DNA from: Candidatus Paceibacter sp.
Lineage (GTDB): Bacteria > Patescibacteriota > Patescibacteriia > Magasanikbacterales > UBA922
Length of the DNA: 64,000 nucleotides
Assembly (NCBI GenBank): GCA_020725175.1
Contig: DYFM01000001.1
Coordinates: 65,504-129,503, forward strand
Reading direction: 5' to 3'
Part shown: piece after piece, positions 38,019 to 46,424 of the stretch
Position numbering within the stretch: the stretch's first letter is position 1
Layout of the letters: each line of letters starts with the position of its first letter
Made by a program: the position numbers and the translations under genes
The notes under the pieces: model-generated
The model's database searches: none
Told to the model about the DNA's origin: nothing
What the model saw: only the letters and a program-made list of their open reading frames with translations

Positions 38019-38095
38019 GACCTTCGGATAAAACTGATTTAACGGATCAGAGCGGATCTGTCGAAATCCGTTTTATCCGTTTTATCCGAAGGTCT
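38019..38095. other. Long nested hairpin between the CPBP gene and mutM
   Basis: agaccttcggataaaac (38019-38035) pairs with gttttatccgaaggtct (38079-38095). The loop has an internal stem aacggat...atccgtt. Confidence 0.6.
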
Positions 38096-38120
38096 ATCAA
38101 AAAAGTAATATTTATATTGT

Positions 38121-38987
38121 ATGCCAGAATTACCCGAAGTCGAAACCGTAAGAAGGGATCTGCTCACCAGAATTATAAAAAAGAAAATTACTTCGGTGGA
38201 AGTATTCAAAGATAGAATGGTGAAGGTTCCAAAAAAGAAATTTATTAGTGCTTTGCTCGGGCGGAAAATTGTTGATATAGAGCGAGTCGGTAAATTGCTA
38301 GTTCTCACTATTGATACCGGTGAGTATCTTTTGATACATCTCAAAATGACTGGTCAATTGATTTATCGGGATAAGAAACAACAGATCGGCGGCGGACATT
38401 CTCTCTCAAAAGAAGAGTCTAATTTTCAAGTTCCAAATAAGCATACCTATATTATCATCGCTTTTGCCGGTGGTGGAAAACTGTTCTTCAATGACCAACG
38501 AACTTTTGGATATATGACAATAGTAAGTGAAGAAGAATTAGGCTTGATAAAAAAACGTTTTGGAGTGGAACCATTGTCATGGAATTTTACTTTGGAGCAC
38601 TTTACGTCAATTATTAAGAATAAAAAAACCAGCATCAAGGCGGCTTTACTGGATCAAAGATTGATTGCCGGTATTGGTAATATTTATGCCGATGAAAGTT
38701 GTTTTTTGGCCGGTATAAAACCGACTCGGTTGGCAAATTCATTGACTGCCAAAGAACGACAGAAGTTATTTACGGCTATTCGTGATGTTCTAGATCTGGC
38801 GGTGCGAGAAAGAGGCACAACATTTAATCATTTTGTGGATGGGGAGGGTAAAAGAGGGAACTTTTTATCCTTTTTGAAGGTGTATGGACGTAATGGTGAG
38901 AGGTGTTTGGTTTGTAAAGATGGAATAATTGAGAAGAGTCGAGTGGCGGGGCGGGGGACGCATGTTTGTGGGGTTTGTCAGAAGTAA
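38121..38987 (+). CDS. mutM: Formamidopyrimidine-DNA glycosylase
   Basis: MPELPEVETVRRDL catalytic N-terminus, H2TH region, C-terminal zinc finger CLVCKDGIIEKSRVAGRGTHVCGVCQ. Confidence 0.92.
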   Translation: MPELPEVETVRRDLLTRIIKKKITSVEVFKDRMVKVPKKKFISALLGRKIVDIERVGKLLVLTIDTGEYLLIHLKMTGQLIYRDKKQQIGGGHSLSKEESNFQVPNKHTYIIIAFAGGGKLFFNDQRTFGYMTIVSEEELGLIKKRFGVEPLSWNFTLEHFTSIIKNKKTSIKAALLDQRLIAGIGNIYADESCFLAGIKPTRLANSLTAKERQKLFTAIRDVLDLAVRERGTTFNHFVDGEGKRGNFLSFLKVYGRNGERCLVCKDGIIEKSRVAGRGTHVCGVCQK

Positions 38988-39005
38988 GTGTTGATTAAGA
39001 TGCGT

Positions 39006-39374
39006 CTAAAATCCAATTTTTAGATTCTCAATTTTCTCTTTTCTTTCAAATTTCTTCATGCAGGAATTAAATTCTTTCTCTCCAGTAAGCACACAACCAT
39101 TTTCAGTTGCAATACATCTAACAGATTCACCAGCACAAATGTCACCGGTGGTTAAATTCATTGTGCACGTCATCATTTCAGGTCGCTTCCCACAGCTGAT
39201 ATTACCTACCTCTGGATGGCACTGTTGGATTGTGCAGTTTTTGCTAGGATTTTCTTTTATCTTTATTTTTTCAATTGGGATAAGCGCCGACTTTCTTTCG
39301 TGCCAAAGAAGTGTAATTGTTATTGCAAGAATACAAAACAGAAGAGTATAAATTTTTTTTCTACCATGTAACAT
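39006..39374 (-). CDS. Small secreted cysteine-rich protein (122 aa, about 10 Cys)
   Basis: Signal/TM IYTLLFCILAITITLLW followed by a Cys-rich mature region (CTIQQCHPEVGNISCGKRPEMMTCTMNLTTGDICAGESVRCIATENGCVL...NSC). Last gene of the sigma/anti-sigma operon. Confidence 0.55.
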   Translation of the reverse strand: MLHGRKKIYTLLFCILAITITLLWHERKSALIPIEKIKIKENPSKNCTIQQCHPEVGNISCGKRPEMMTCTMNLTTGDICAGESVRCIATENGCVLTGEKEFNSCMKKFERKEKIENLKIGF

Positions 39375-39414
39375 ATGAATAGATGTGAATTCTCTTGTAG
39401 AAGATTAGTTTTAT

Positions 39415-40644
39415 TTAGATTTGGTCAAACATCCTGCGTCTTCCCCAGAGTAAGTAAAACACAATCACTCCTACACAACTCAAAATCAATATCCAATAAA
39501 TCGGCACATACAAGTTTATAGCATCTAATATACTTATCCATTGCAAAGAGATTGTTCCTTCAACGGTTTCAACATTATTTAGTAATTCAGTGTCTTGTTC
39601 GTTAAGTTCGCTTAGTTGATGTTTTTTTGCTTGTATTTGTGTTTCAGTCTCTTGAAGAGAATTGTCAAAAGAAGTATTTTCTTTTTCTAACAATTGTTTT
39701 AGTGAGTAGTACTTATTATTGAAGTAGGCTAACTGGGCTTTTATTTCAGATTGCCTTTCGGTGCTGGTAGTGGTTTCATTTTTTAAAGCATAAATACTAT
39801 TGGAGTATTTTTTCATTTCATTTTGGATGTATTCCACTTGTGAATTGTGCTGTTCTATTTGGTTCTGACGTTTTGCTTCTAGATCCGTGAGACTTTGTTT
39901 TTGTACTTCGGTATCTATTTCAATCACTCTTTTTTCCGGCAAAAGATTTTGAGCACTTATTCTCTCAGTTAAAAATTTAGGATGAAACAGATCTTGAATC
40001 TCCGTGGAAAACTGACTGAGAGAGGATTTTGGAATCACAAAACTTATAGAACCGTATTTTGGATTAACTGATAAATAATCAATTCTACCGCCATGTCCTT
40101 TGATGATGGTTTGAAGGCGAGTGTGAATCCGTTCAACTTGGCGAGTTTTAATATTGATACCGTAATCTGTTTTGAGGAACTCGCGGGTATCTTCGATCGA
40201 AGAATTGTTTTGTTGTTTAAAGGAGTGTGAAATTTCTTCTATACTATTAGTAATAGGTTGTAATATTTTTGATAGTTTGTTGTTATTATCACCAAGTGAT
40301 GCTTGTCTTAAATTTTCTCCCAAGCCTGAAGCACTTCTGAGCTGATTGTTTAAATCAACTCGTTCTTCATTAGATAAATCGTACTCGGCTGGGTATGAAG
40401 AGGTATTCGTTGCTGGTTGAATTGCCGGTAGAACAAATTGGGTAACAAAAAGAATTACGATAAAAGTACCTGTTATAGAAAAAAGAAGTGGCCAAAAAGG
40501 ACGCGGTTTTTTTACTGACACAACGGTTCTTGAACGAAATACACCCAGTACTGCCGCTTTTTTTGCCTCAGAATTAGGAGGAAGAGTTACTTGCTGTTTT
40601 CCCCACGTTTTGAATTTATCCGCTAATAATTTTTGACGAGACAT
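39415..40644 (-). CDS. Putative anti-sigma factor (membrane-spanning, coiled-coil extracytoplasmic region)
   Basis: Lies 6 nt downstream of the ECF sigma gene. Short cytoplasmic N-terminus, a TM segment (PLLFSITGTFIVILFVTQFVLPAI), a long coiled-coil-rich extracytoplasmic region and a C-terminal TM. The call rests on gene context. Confidence 0.5.
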   Translation of the reverse strand: MSRQKLLADKFKTWGKQQVTLPPNSEAKKAAVLGVFRSRTVVSVKKPRPFWPLLFSITGTFIVILFVTQFVLPAIQPATNTSSYPAEYDLSNEERVDLNNQLRSASGLGENLRQASLGDNNNKLSKILQPITNSIEEISHSFKQQNNSSIEDTREFLKTDYGINIKTRQVERIHTRLQTIIKGHGGRIDYLSVNPKYGSISFVIPKSSLSQFSTEIQDLFHPKFLTERISAQNLLPEKRVIEIDTEVQKQSLTDLEAKRQNQIEQHNSQVEYIQNEMKKYSNSIYALKNETTTSTERQSEIKAQLAYFNNKYYSLKQLLEKENTSFDNSLQETETQIQAKKHQLSELNEQDTELLNNVETVEGTISLQWISILDAINLYVPIYWILILSCVGVIVFYLLWGRRRMFDQI

Positions 40645-40650
40645 ACAATA

Positions 40651-41175
40651 TTATTTGTTGAGTATGAGATTGGCGCGTTTAAGGGCGCGGTGAGTTCGAA
40701 CACGAGCGCTGATAGCTGAAATTTCAAGTACGTGCGCTATTTCGTTGAACGATAATTCAGAGATATATCTCAGACACAATATTTCATGATCATCAATTGG
40801 TAGTTGGGCCAGGACCGTATCAAGGGTTATTTTGTTTGTGAGTTCAATCGGTGAATGAACCGCTGATTGTGTTTCATTATCTTCATCAATAGAGACTTCT
40901 CGTCCGTTTTTTCGCCAGTGCTGACGGCATTCATTGCGAGCGATGACAAATAACCACGCACTAAAACGAACACCCTTTGGTCGAAAGCTCTCTAGGGCAT
41001 TTATTGCTTTTAGCCAAGTATCCTGCAAAACATCATCGGCCAGCTGTCTATCTTTTAAGGTTTTTACCAGGTAGCCGTATAATTTTGGAGTTATATCATC
41101 CCAGAGTAAGCCTATGGCTGCTTGTTCACCAGCTTTAGCCTGAGCCACCAGGCCCAATTCTTCCTCAAGAAGCAT
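40651..41175 (-). CDS. ECF-type RNA polymerase sigma factor (sigma-70 family, regions 2 and 4)
   Basis: LVAQAKAGEQAAIGLLWDDITPKLYGYLVK... DVLQDTWLKAINAL (region 2) and LSFNEIAHVLEISAISARVRTHRALKRANLIL (region 4 HTH). Confidence 0.85.
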   Translation of the reverse strand: MLLEEELGLVAQAKAGEQAAIGLLWDDITPKLYGYLVKTLKDRQLADDVLQDTWLKAINALESFRPKGVRFSAWLFVIARNECRQHWRKNGREVSIDEDNETQSAVHSPIELTNKITLDTVLAQLPIDDHEILCLRYISELSFNEIAHVLEISAISARVRTHRALKRANLILNK

Positions 41176-41315
41176 AATGAGTAATTAATTCTTGCTATTT
41201 CTGTATAGATAATACATGAGATTGCTAAAATGTTACAGATCAATAGTGAAAGGGTTGAAAAATATGCTATTTATGTTATGGTTACACGTAGTATTACTTA
41301 AGTAAAAAATGCCTT

Positions 41316-42392
41316 ATGATACGAGTAAAAGAAATGTTGTTACAATATGCTTTATGGGAAAATTCACTGTATGGTATTGTAATTGCGATAGGAATTTTTG
41401 TCGGTGTACTAATACTGTTGAAGGTGTTTCAATTGGTTATCATGAATCGTTTAAAAGCGTGGTGTAAGCGTACAGAAACAAAAATTGATGATACGTTACT
41501 CGGCATAGTTGAAAGTATTAACACTTTTACCTACGTTATTACCGCACTTTATATTGCGATAGGAAGTCTGCAGTTACATTGGTTAATATACAAGATCATC
41601 CTATTCGTATTTCTTTTCATGTTGGTGTATGAAATTGCCAAAGCCGCTGGTCGCTTGTCGGCGTATGGAGTAAAAAGATATGTAGAGCGACAACATCAGA
41701 CCAAAGACGAGGGAGAAATTCATGTAAAAAACTTAGCGCGGATCGCTGCGACAGTGGCTAAAGTTTTGGTATGGTCAGTTGGTTTACTTTTTATACTATC
41801 AAATATTGGTATTAATGTTACCTCGCTCGTGGCTAGTCTTGGAATTGGTGGTATCGCAATAGCTTTTGCGTTACAGCAGATCCTTGGAGACATGTTCAAT
41901 TCTTTTTCTATATACTTTGACCGACCGTTTGAAGTGGGGGATTTTATTGTGGTGGGGGATAAAAATGGTATTGTAAAAAAAATAGGTTTGAAATCAACGC
42001 GTCTCCAGACACTTCTTGGTGAAGAACTAATTATTTCAAATAATGATATTACCGCAGCACGAGTACAAAATTTTAAGCGCATGCAGAAACGTCGTGAGGT
42101 GATGGTATTTGGAGTTGTTTACGAAACTCCGGCCGAAAAGTTGGAAGAGATTCCGGTCATAGTAAAAGAGATTATTTCCAGTGTGGAACATGCTGAACTT
42201 GACCGGTGTCATTTTTCTTCCTATGGAGATTTTAGTCTCAATTTTGAAACCGTCTATTTTATAGATTCTCCAGATTACAACCTGTACATGGATGTGAAGC
42301 AGCGGGTAAATCTGGAGTTGTTCAAGCGATTTGAGCGCGAGGGGATTGAATTTGCGTATCCGACACAGAAGGTGTTTGTGGGGAGGGGATAA
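41316..42392 (+). CDS. Mechanosensitive ion channel, MscS family
   Basis: TM helices followed by GIGGIAIAFALQQILGDMFNSFSIYFDRPFEVGDFIVVGDKNGIVKKIGLKSTRLQT (MscS pore helix and beta domain). Confidence 0.88.
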   Translation: MIRVKEMLLQYALWENSLYGIVIAIGIFVGVLILLKVFQLVIMNRLKAWCKRTETKIDDTLLGIVESINTFTYVITALYIAIGSLQLHWLIYKIILFVFLFMLVYEIAKAAGRLSAYGVKRYVERQHQTKDEGEIHVKNLARIAATVAKVLVWSVGLLFILSNIGINVTSLVASLGIGGIAIAFALQQILGDMFNSFSIYFDRPFEVGDFIVVGDKNGIVKKIGLKSTRLQTLLGEELIISNNDITAARVQNFKRMQKRREVMVFGVVYETPAEKLEEIPVIVKEIISSVEHAELDRCHFSSYGDFSLNFETVYFIDSPDYNLYMDVKQRVNLELFKRFEREGIEFAYPTQKVFVGRG

Positions 42393-42401
42393 AAGAAAAA
42401 A

Positions 42402-42428
42402 AGAACCGCCGACTGTTTCGGTGGTTTT
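42402..42428 (+). terminator. Intrinsic terminator after the MscS gene
   Basis: aaccgccgactgtttcggtggtttttt. Confidence 0.75.
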
Positions 42429-42433
42429 TTGTG

Positions 42434-42506
42434 AGCCGTCAACCAGGATTGAACTGGTGACCTCGTCCTTACCATGGACGCGCTCTACCAACTGAGCTAT
42501 GACGGC
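42434..42506 (-). tRNA. tRNA-Thr (anticodon GGU)
   Basis: GCCGTCATAGCTCAGTTGGTAGAGCGCGTCCATGGTAAGGACGAGGTCACCAGTTCAATCCTGGTTGACGGCT is a cloverleaf with anticodon loop ATGGTAA (GGT). Confidence 0.88.
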
Positions 42507-42588
42507 GTAGTGAGAAATATCTAATTTCTAAAAGGGTATTGATCTTGAGGAAAAAGTAGCGACAGTATACCGAATTATCCAAAAAACG

Positions 42589-43422
42589 TCAAGCCAAAGC
42601 CTTCAAACGTCGCAAGGAGAGGAGTTTGGAGCGTTTGGCTCGTTCAAATGTCTCATTTTGGGTACTCGATTCATGAATTTCGGTCCATTCTTGCTCGAGA
42701 AGTGGCTTGTCAATCTCATTTATCAGTATTCTTCCTTCAGCAATTCCGTGATCTATTACTCCATCACTTTTCCATTGAATGGCATGGGTATAGTGAAATA
42801 ATTCGGGTGTATCTCCGTCGTACTGCACAAAATGAACGAGAAGGACATGATCCGGGTTACCAACTGTATCGCCCTCCAGCATGGTAATAATATCACCTGG
42901 ACGGATGTCTTTGAGTGCAATTTCTGTGCTGTTTTTTTCATGAGCCAAAGATTTTACGCCGGTATTTTCAATTGGACGTAGTTTAACCAGTAATTTTCGA
43001 AGTGGATTTTTGGCATAGGGGAAAGATAATACCGAACGAAGATGTTTCTTTTTTTTCTCCCATAGTTCTTGCTCAAGTATATGGTACACAAATCCGGAAC
43101 ATTCAATACCAAGGGAGTTGTCAATCAAAAACTTCTTAATTTGATAACTGTTGAGACTGGTAAGTTCAATTTTTTCGCGAAACGCTATCAAAGCCGCTTC
43201 TTCTTCTATATCACTCGGACTTCCTTTTCCGACCAGCACACGAAGACCGGCACGGACTTGACTGCGGCGGTTATTGAAATACGGGCAGACGACCTCGTGA
43301 TTTCCGAGTTTGAGATGTTGGTAGTGATCGATGAGGTCGAGCGCTGGCTTGGTGAGGGTTTTGCTGGTTGACATATGTATTGGGACAGCAGATTTGAACA
43401 GATAAAAAGCGGATGAAAGCAA
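42589..43422 (-). CDS. Cytoplasmic NlpC/P60 (CHAP-like) superfamily Cys-His hydrolase-like protein
   Basis: GIECSGFVYHIL matches the NlpC/P60 catalytic Cys motif (DCSGFV). A downstream His sits in a hydrophobic context (HVLLVHF). No signal peptide. Begins 5 nt after the ATP-grasp gene. Confidence 0.45.
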   Translation of the reverse strand: MLSSAFYLFKSAVPIHMSTSKTLTKPALDLIDHYQHLKLGNHEVVCPYFNNRRSQVRAGLRVLVGKGSPSDIEEEAALIAFREKIELTSLNSYQIKKFLIDNSLGIECSGFVYHILEQELWEKKKKHLRSVLSFPYAKNPLRKLLVKLRPIENTGVKSLAHEKNSTEIALKDIRPGDIITMLEGDTVGNPDHVLLVHFVQYDGDTPELFHYTHAIQWKSDGVIDHGIAEGRILINEIDKPLLEQEWTEIHESSTQNETFERAKRSKLLSLRRLKALA

Positions 43423-43426
43423 AAAA

Positions 43427-44734
43427 TTATTTTGAAAGCATGTTTTTTATTTCTTCTCCATAGTGATTGAAAACAGTGTGCTTTAACATAAAATTTTTTT
43501 TAAGATTTTGAATTCTTAGTACATCGGAATTTGGTTCAGTATTTTCATAATTGGTGACAGTATATCCTAACGCTTCAATTTCTTTCTGAATTTGGGTTGA
43601 TACCTCTTTTATTTCGCCAGTCACTCGCTGAATAATTTGCGCCCCTGTCTCAATCGGGATCAGTGTTATATCCTTAACTTTGTTGTTCAACAGACTTATT
43701 AGATGAGCTTCAAAGGTACTCAACCCAATTGTTCCTTGTTCCTTGCTCCTTGTTCTTTGTAACACGCTTTCAAACGTTGTCGATGCCGGTTGGCGGGCGT
43801 TTATTTCTATTAAATACAGTTTTCCGGTAGCTGCTTCCAGTACCACATCAATCCCAAACAGTCCCTTCCAGCCCGATTTACGAAGTTTCTGGCCAACAGC
43901 AGTAACCATTTTTCCATATTGCTCTTTTTGTTCTGAATTAAGTATGGAGTGAGGTAATTCCCAATCATTTCCAATCGTAGCGAATGTATTATCAGTAAAA
44001 GGTGCTAGCCCGGTGATCTGATAATTAATATTTCCCATCAAAACTCTGTCTTTCAATACAACATTATTGCTAGTAAACATCGGCCCGGATATAAAATTGG
44101 TAATCCTGACATCTCGATTGGGAAATTGTTCTTGAATTAGTTGCAAGTGTTCTAAAGATTCAATCAGGATAGTCCCTGATCCGGTATGAGCACGATTGAA
44201 CTGGAGTATAAAAGGAGCGCCAGAAAACATGACTTCTTTACATGGCCTGACGTAATGTGGCGGAAGTAGCGATGATAATTCATCGAGCCAATCAACCTGG
44301 GAAATCTTTTCTTCGATTTGCGCGCTTAATTTTGCAGAGGGATTCAAGAGATTCCAATTGTTAGCCGAGCAAATTCTCTCGATTTGAGGAGTGTTTTTGA
44401 ACACAAGTAAATTGATGCGTGATACCTGATACGTGTTACGTACGCTTTCTATAAATTGCTTTGTTTCTTCTCTTTCGAGTAGCTCCCAAGTATCAAGCAA
44501 ATCTTGAGTTTCGATTAGAAGTATATTTTTTCTTTCCTCAGCGATTTTTTTGCCATATTCAGTTGCGTTGGAAATAATAAAATACCCTTCGGTATCTAGA
44601 GATAGACCAAGAGCTCGTTCAATATCCCGTGAAACATAAACCACGGGTGTTTTTTTGAGTTGTTCGAGGAGTTCTTGCATGGGTATAAGTATAGGAGAAA
44701 AAGGTTGTTTTGGCAATATTTGCTGAGTTTGCAA
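43427..44734 (-). CDS. ATP-grasp domain protein (ligase)
   Basis: GLFGIDVVLEAATGKLYLIEINARQPAST is an ATP-grasp C-terminal Mg/ATP-binding motif (hhEhNxR). An extra N-terminal domain of about 200 aa is present. Confidence 0.6.
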   Translation of the reverse strand: MQTQQILPKQPFSPILIPMQELLEQLKKTPVVYVSRDIERALGLSLDTEGYFIISNATEYGKKIAEERKNILLIETQDLLDTWELLEREETKQFIESVRNTYQVSRINLLVFKNTPQIERICSANNWNLLNPSAKLSAQIEEKISQVDWLDELSSLLPPHYVRPCKEVMFSGAPFILQFNRAHTGSGTILIESLEHLQLIQEQFPNRDVRITNFISGPMFTSNNVVLKDRVLMGNINYQITGLAPFTDNTFATIGNDWELPHSILNSEQKEQYGKMVTAVGQKLRKSGWKGLFGIDVVLEAATGKLYLIEINARQPASTTFESVLQRTRSKEQGTIGLSTFEAHLISLLNNKVKDITLIPIETGAQIIQRVTGEIKEVSTQIQKEIEALGYTVTNYENTEPNSDVLRIQNLKKNFMLKHTVFNHYGEEIKNMLSK

Positions 44735-44870
44735 GTTGGCAGGTTGGCAAGTTCACAAGTTGGTAAAGTTATGCACAGAAAAGTGGGGGAAAGGGGTTGC
44801 AAAAGCTATAAAAGTGGGATAAAATGGGAATAGGTGGTGAGAAGTGGGAAAAATGCTTGTCTTCCTACGC
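44731..44870. promoter_or_regulatory. Divergent promoter region with two repeat arrays: CAAGTTGG x3 (44731-44765) and AAAGTGGG-like x4 at about 10-11 nt periodicity (44778-44852). The second array is a candidate MraZ box
   Basis: gcaagttggcaggttggcaagttcacaagttgg, then aaaagtggggg-aaaggggttgc-aaaagctat-aaaagtgggat-aaaatgggaat-aggtggtgag-aagtgggaa, immediately upstream of mraZ. Confidence 0.5.
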
Positions 44871-44880
44871 TACTAACCAA

Positions 44881-45318
44881 ATGCCTGTGTTTATCGGAGA
44901 ATACTCCCACAACATTGACGAAAAAGGACGGTTGTCTGTCCCAAAAAAATTCCGCGAGTCTTTGGCTGGTGGAGTTGTGGTCACTCGTGGTTTGGATTCT
45001 TGTCTTTTTCTTTATACGAAAGAGGAGTGGAAAAAATTGGCTGAAAAGTTAGCGAGTTTACCATTTGCTCAGGCAAACAGTCGAGCGTTTTCTCGTCTGA
45101 TGTTGGCCGGAGCGATGGATGTGGAGGTTGATAAGCAAGGACGTATCATGTTGCCGGAATATCTTCGTCAGTATGCCGGGCTTACAAAAGAAGTTACCGT
45201 AGCTGGTCTGTATAACCGGCTCGAACTTTGGGATAAAGAAAAATGGGAACAATATACTGCGGAAGTGGAAAAAGGGAGTGGGGATATTGCGGAAAAAATG
45301 GCGGAATTGGGGGTTTAA
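44881..45318 (+). CDS. mraZ: Transcriptional regulator MraZ
   Basis: MPVFIGEYSHNIDEKGRLSVPKKFRE... with two SpoVT/AbrB-like halves. ATG at 44881 is preferred over the longer ORF-track start. Confidence 0.88.
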   Translation: MPVFIGEYSHNIDEKGRLSVPKKFRESLAGGVVVTRGLDSCLFLYTKEEWKKLAEKLASLPFAQANSRAFSRLMLAGAMDVEVDKQGRIMLPEYLRQYAGLTKEVTVAGLYNRLELWDKEKWEQYTAEVEKGSGDIAEKMAELGV

Positions 45319-45321
45319 TTA

Positions 45322-45422
45322 TGTTCGAACATACGAAAGGCAAATACGAACATACGAATTACAAACTGGCGATTAATCAACTGTGTCCGTAGTTCGTATT
45401 TACTGTTCGTACGTTCGCACAT
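45322..45422. repeat. Palindromic intergenic repeat, GTTCGTA/CGAACATACGAA family, copy 2 (between mraZ and rsmH)
   Basis: cgaacatacgaaa...tacgaacatacgaatt...ccgtagttcgtatttactgttcgtacgttcgcacat has the same architecture as 30611-30715. Confidence 0.75.
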
Positions 45423-45437
45423 CAAATATATTGTTGT

Positions 45438-46337
45438 ATGCGACACGTTCCAGTGTTAATAAATGAAGTAATTGAATCATTACAACTAAAACCCGGTAAA
45501 CATATTATCGATTGTACGCTTGGTGACGCGGGGCATTCGGAGCGAATTTTACAGGAGATTGGGTCAAAGGGAACATTACTTGGCATTGATGCTGATCCGG
45601 AATCATTGATGAGGGCAAAGAAATTTCTACATCAGTATGAGGAACAAGTAATTTTGGTTCGTGATAACTTTGTTAGATTAAAAGAAATAGTTAAAGAAGA
45701 AAAGTTTGGGCCGGTAAATGGCATACTTATGGACTACGGTTGGTCTAGTCCGCAGTTTGAGGAGAGAGGTAGGGGATTCACTTTCTTGAAAGACGAGCCA
45801 TTGGACATGAGGTACGGAGGTAAAGGTACAACAGCGGCAGAACTGATAAACAGCAGTGAACCTGAGGAGCTGGGAAAAATATTCAAAGAATACGGTGAAG
45901 AAAAATTGAGTAAAGAAGTTGTTCATAAGATTATTGCATATCGAAAAGAAAAAACCATAGAACGAACCGGAGAATTGGTAGAACTGGTTCTCCAAGCTTA
46001 TCGAGAAAAATTGAAAACAGATAAAAAAATCCCATGGATCGGCGGCCTCCATCCGGCTACAAAAGTGTTTCAGGCAATACGAATAGCAGTAAACGATGAG
46101 CTTGGGGTAATTGAAAAAGTGCTTCCGCAGGCAATAGATGTGTTACAACCAGGTGGAAGATTGGCTGTAATTACCTTTCATTCTCTCGAAGATAGAATTG
46201 TGAAACATTATTTCAAAGAACGAGTAAGTAAAGATATTACAATTATTAGTAAAAAACCAATTGTTGCCTCCAAAGAAGAATTTGATTCCAATCCACGCGC
46301 TCGATCAGCAAAATTGCGCGTGGTTGAAAAGAAGTGA
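45438..46337 (+). CDS. rsmH: 16S rRNA (cytosine1402-N4)-methyltransferase
   Basis: MRHVPVLINEVIESLQLKPGKHIIDCTLGDAGHSERIL is a typical RsmH N-terminus and SAM-binding fold. Confidence 0.9.
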   Translation: MRHVPVLINEVIESLQLKPGKHIIDCTLGDAGHSERILQEIGSKGTLLGIDADPESLMRAKKFLHQYEEQVILVRDNFVRLKEIVKEEKFGPVNGILMDYGWSSPQFEERGRGFTFLKDEPLDMRYGGKGTTAAELINSSEPEELGKIFKEYGEEKLSKEVVHKIIAYRKEKTIERTGELVELVLQAYREKLKTDKKIPWIGGLHPATKVFQAIRIAVNDELGVIEKVLPQAIDVLQPGGRLAVITFHSLEDRIVKHYFKERVSKDITIISKKPIVASKEEFDSNPRARSAKLRVVEKK

Positions 46338-46349
46338 CGTCAAACATGT

Positions 46350-46420
46350 GAAATACGAATAAACTGGTGGTCTCAGAGTTCGTAGTTCGGATGTTCGTAT
46401 CATTTCGTATGTTCGTACAC
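46350..46420. repeat. Palindromic intergenic repeat, GTTCGTA family, copy 3 (truncated left arm, between rsmH and ftsL)
   Basis: aaatacgaataaactggtggtctcagagttcgtagttcggatgttcgtatcatttcgtatgttcgtacaca aligns with the right half of copy 2. Confidence 0.7.
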
Positions 46421-46424
46421 AATT

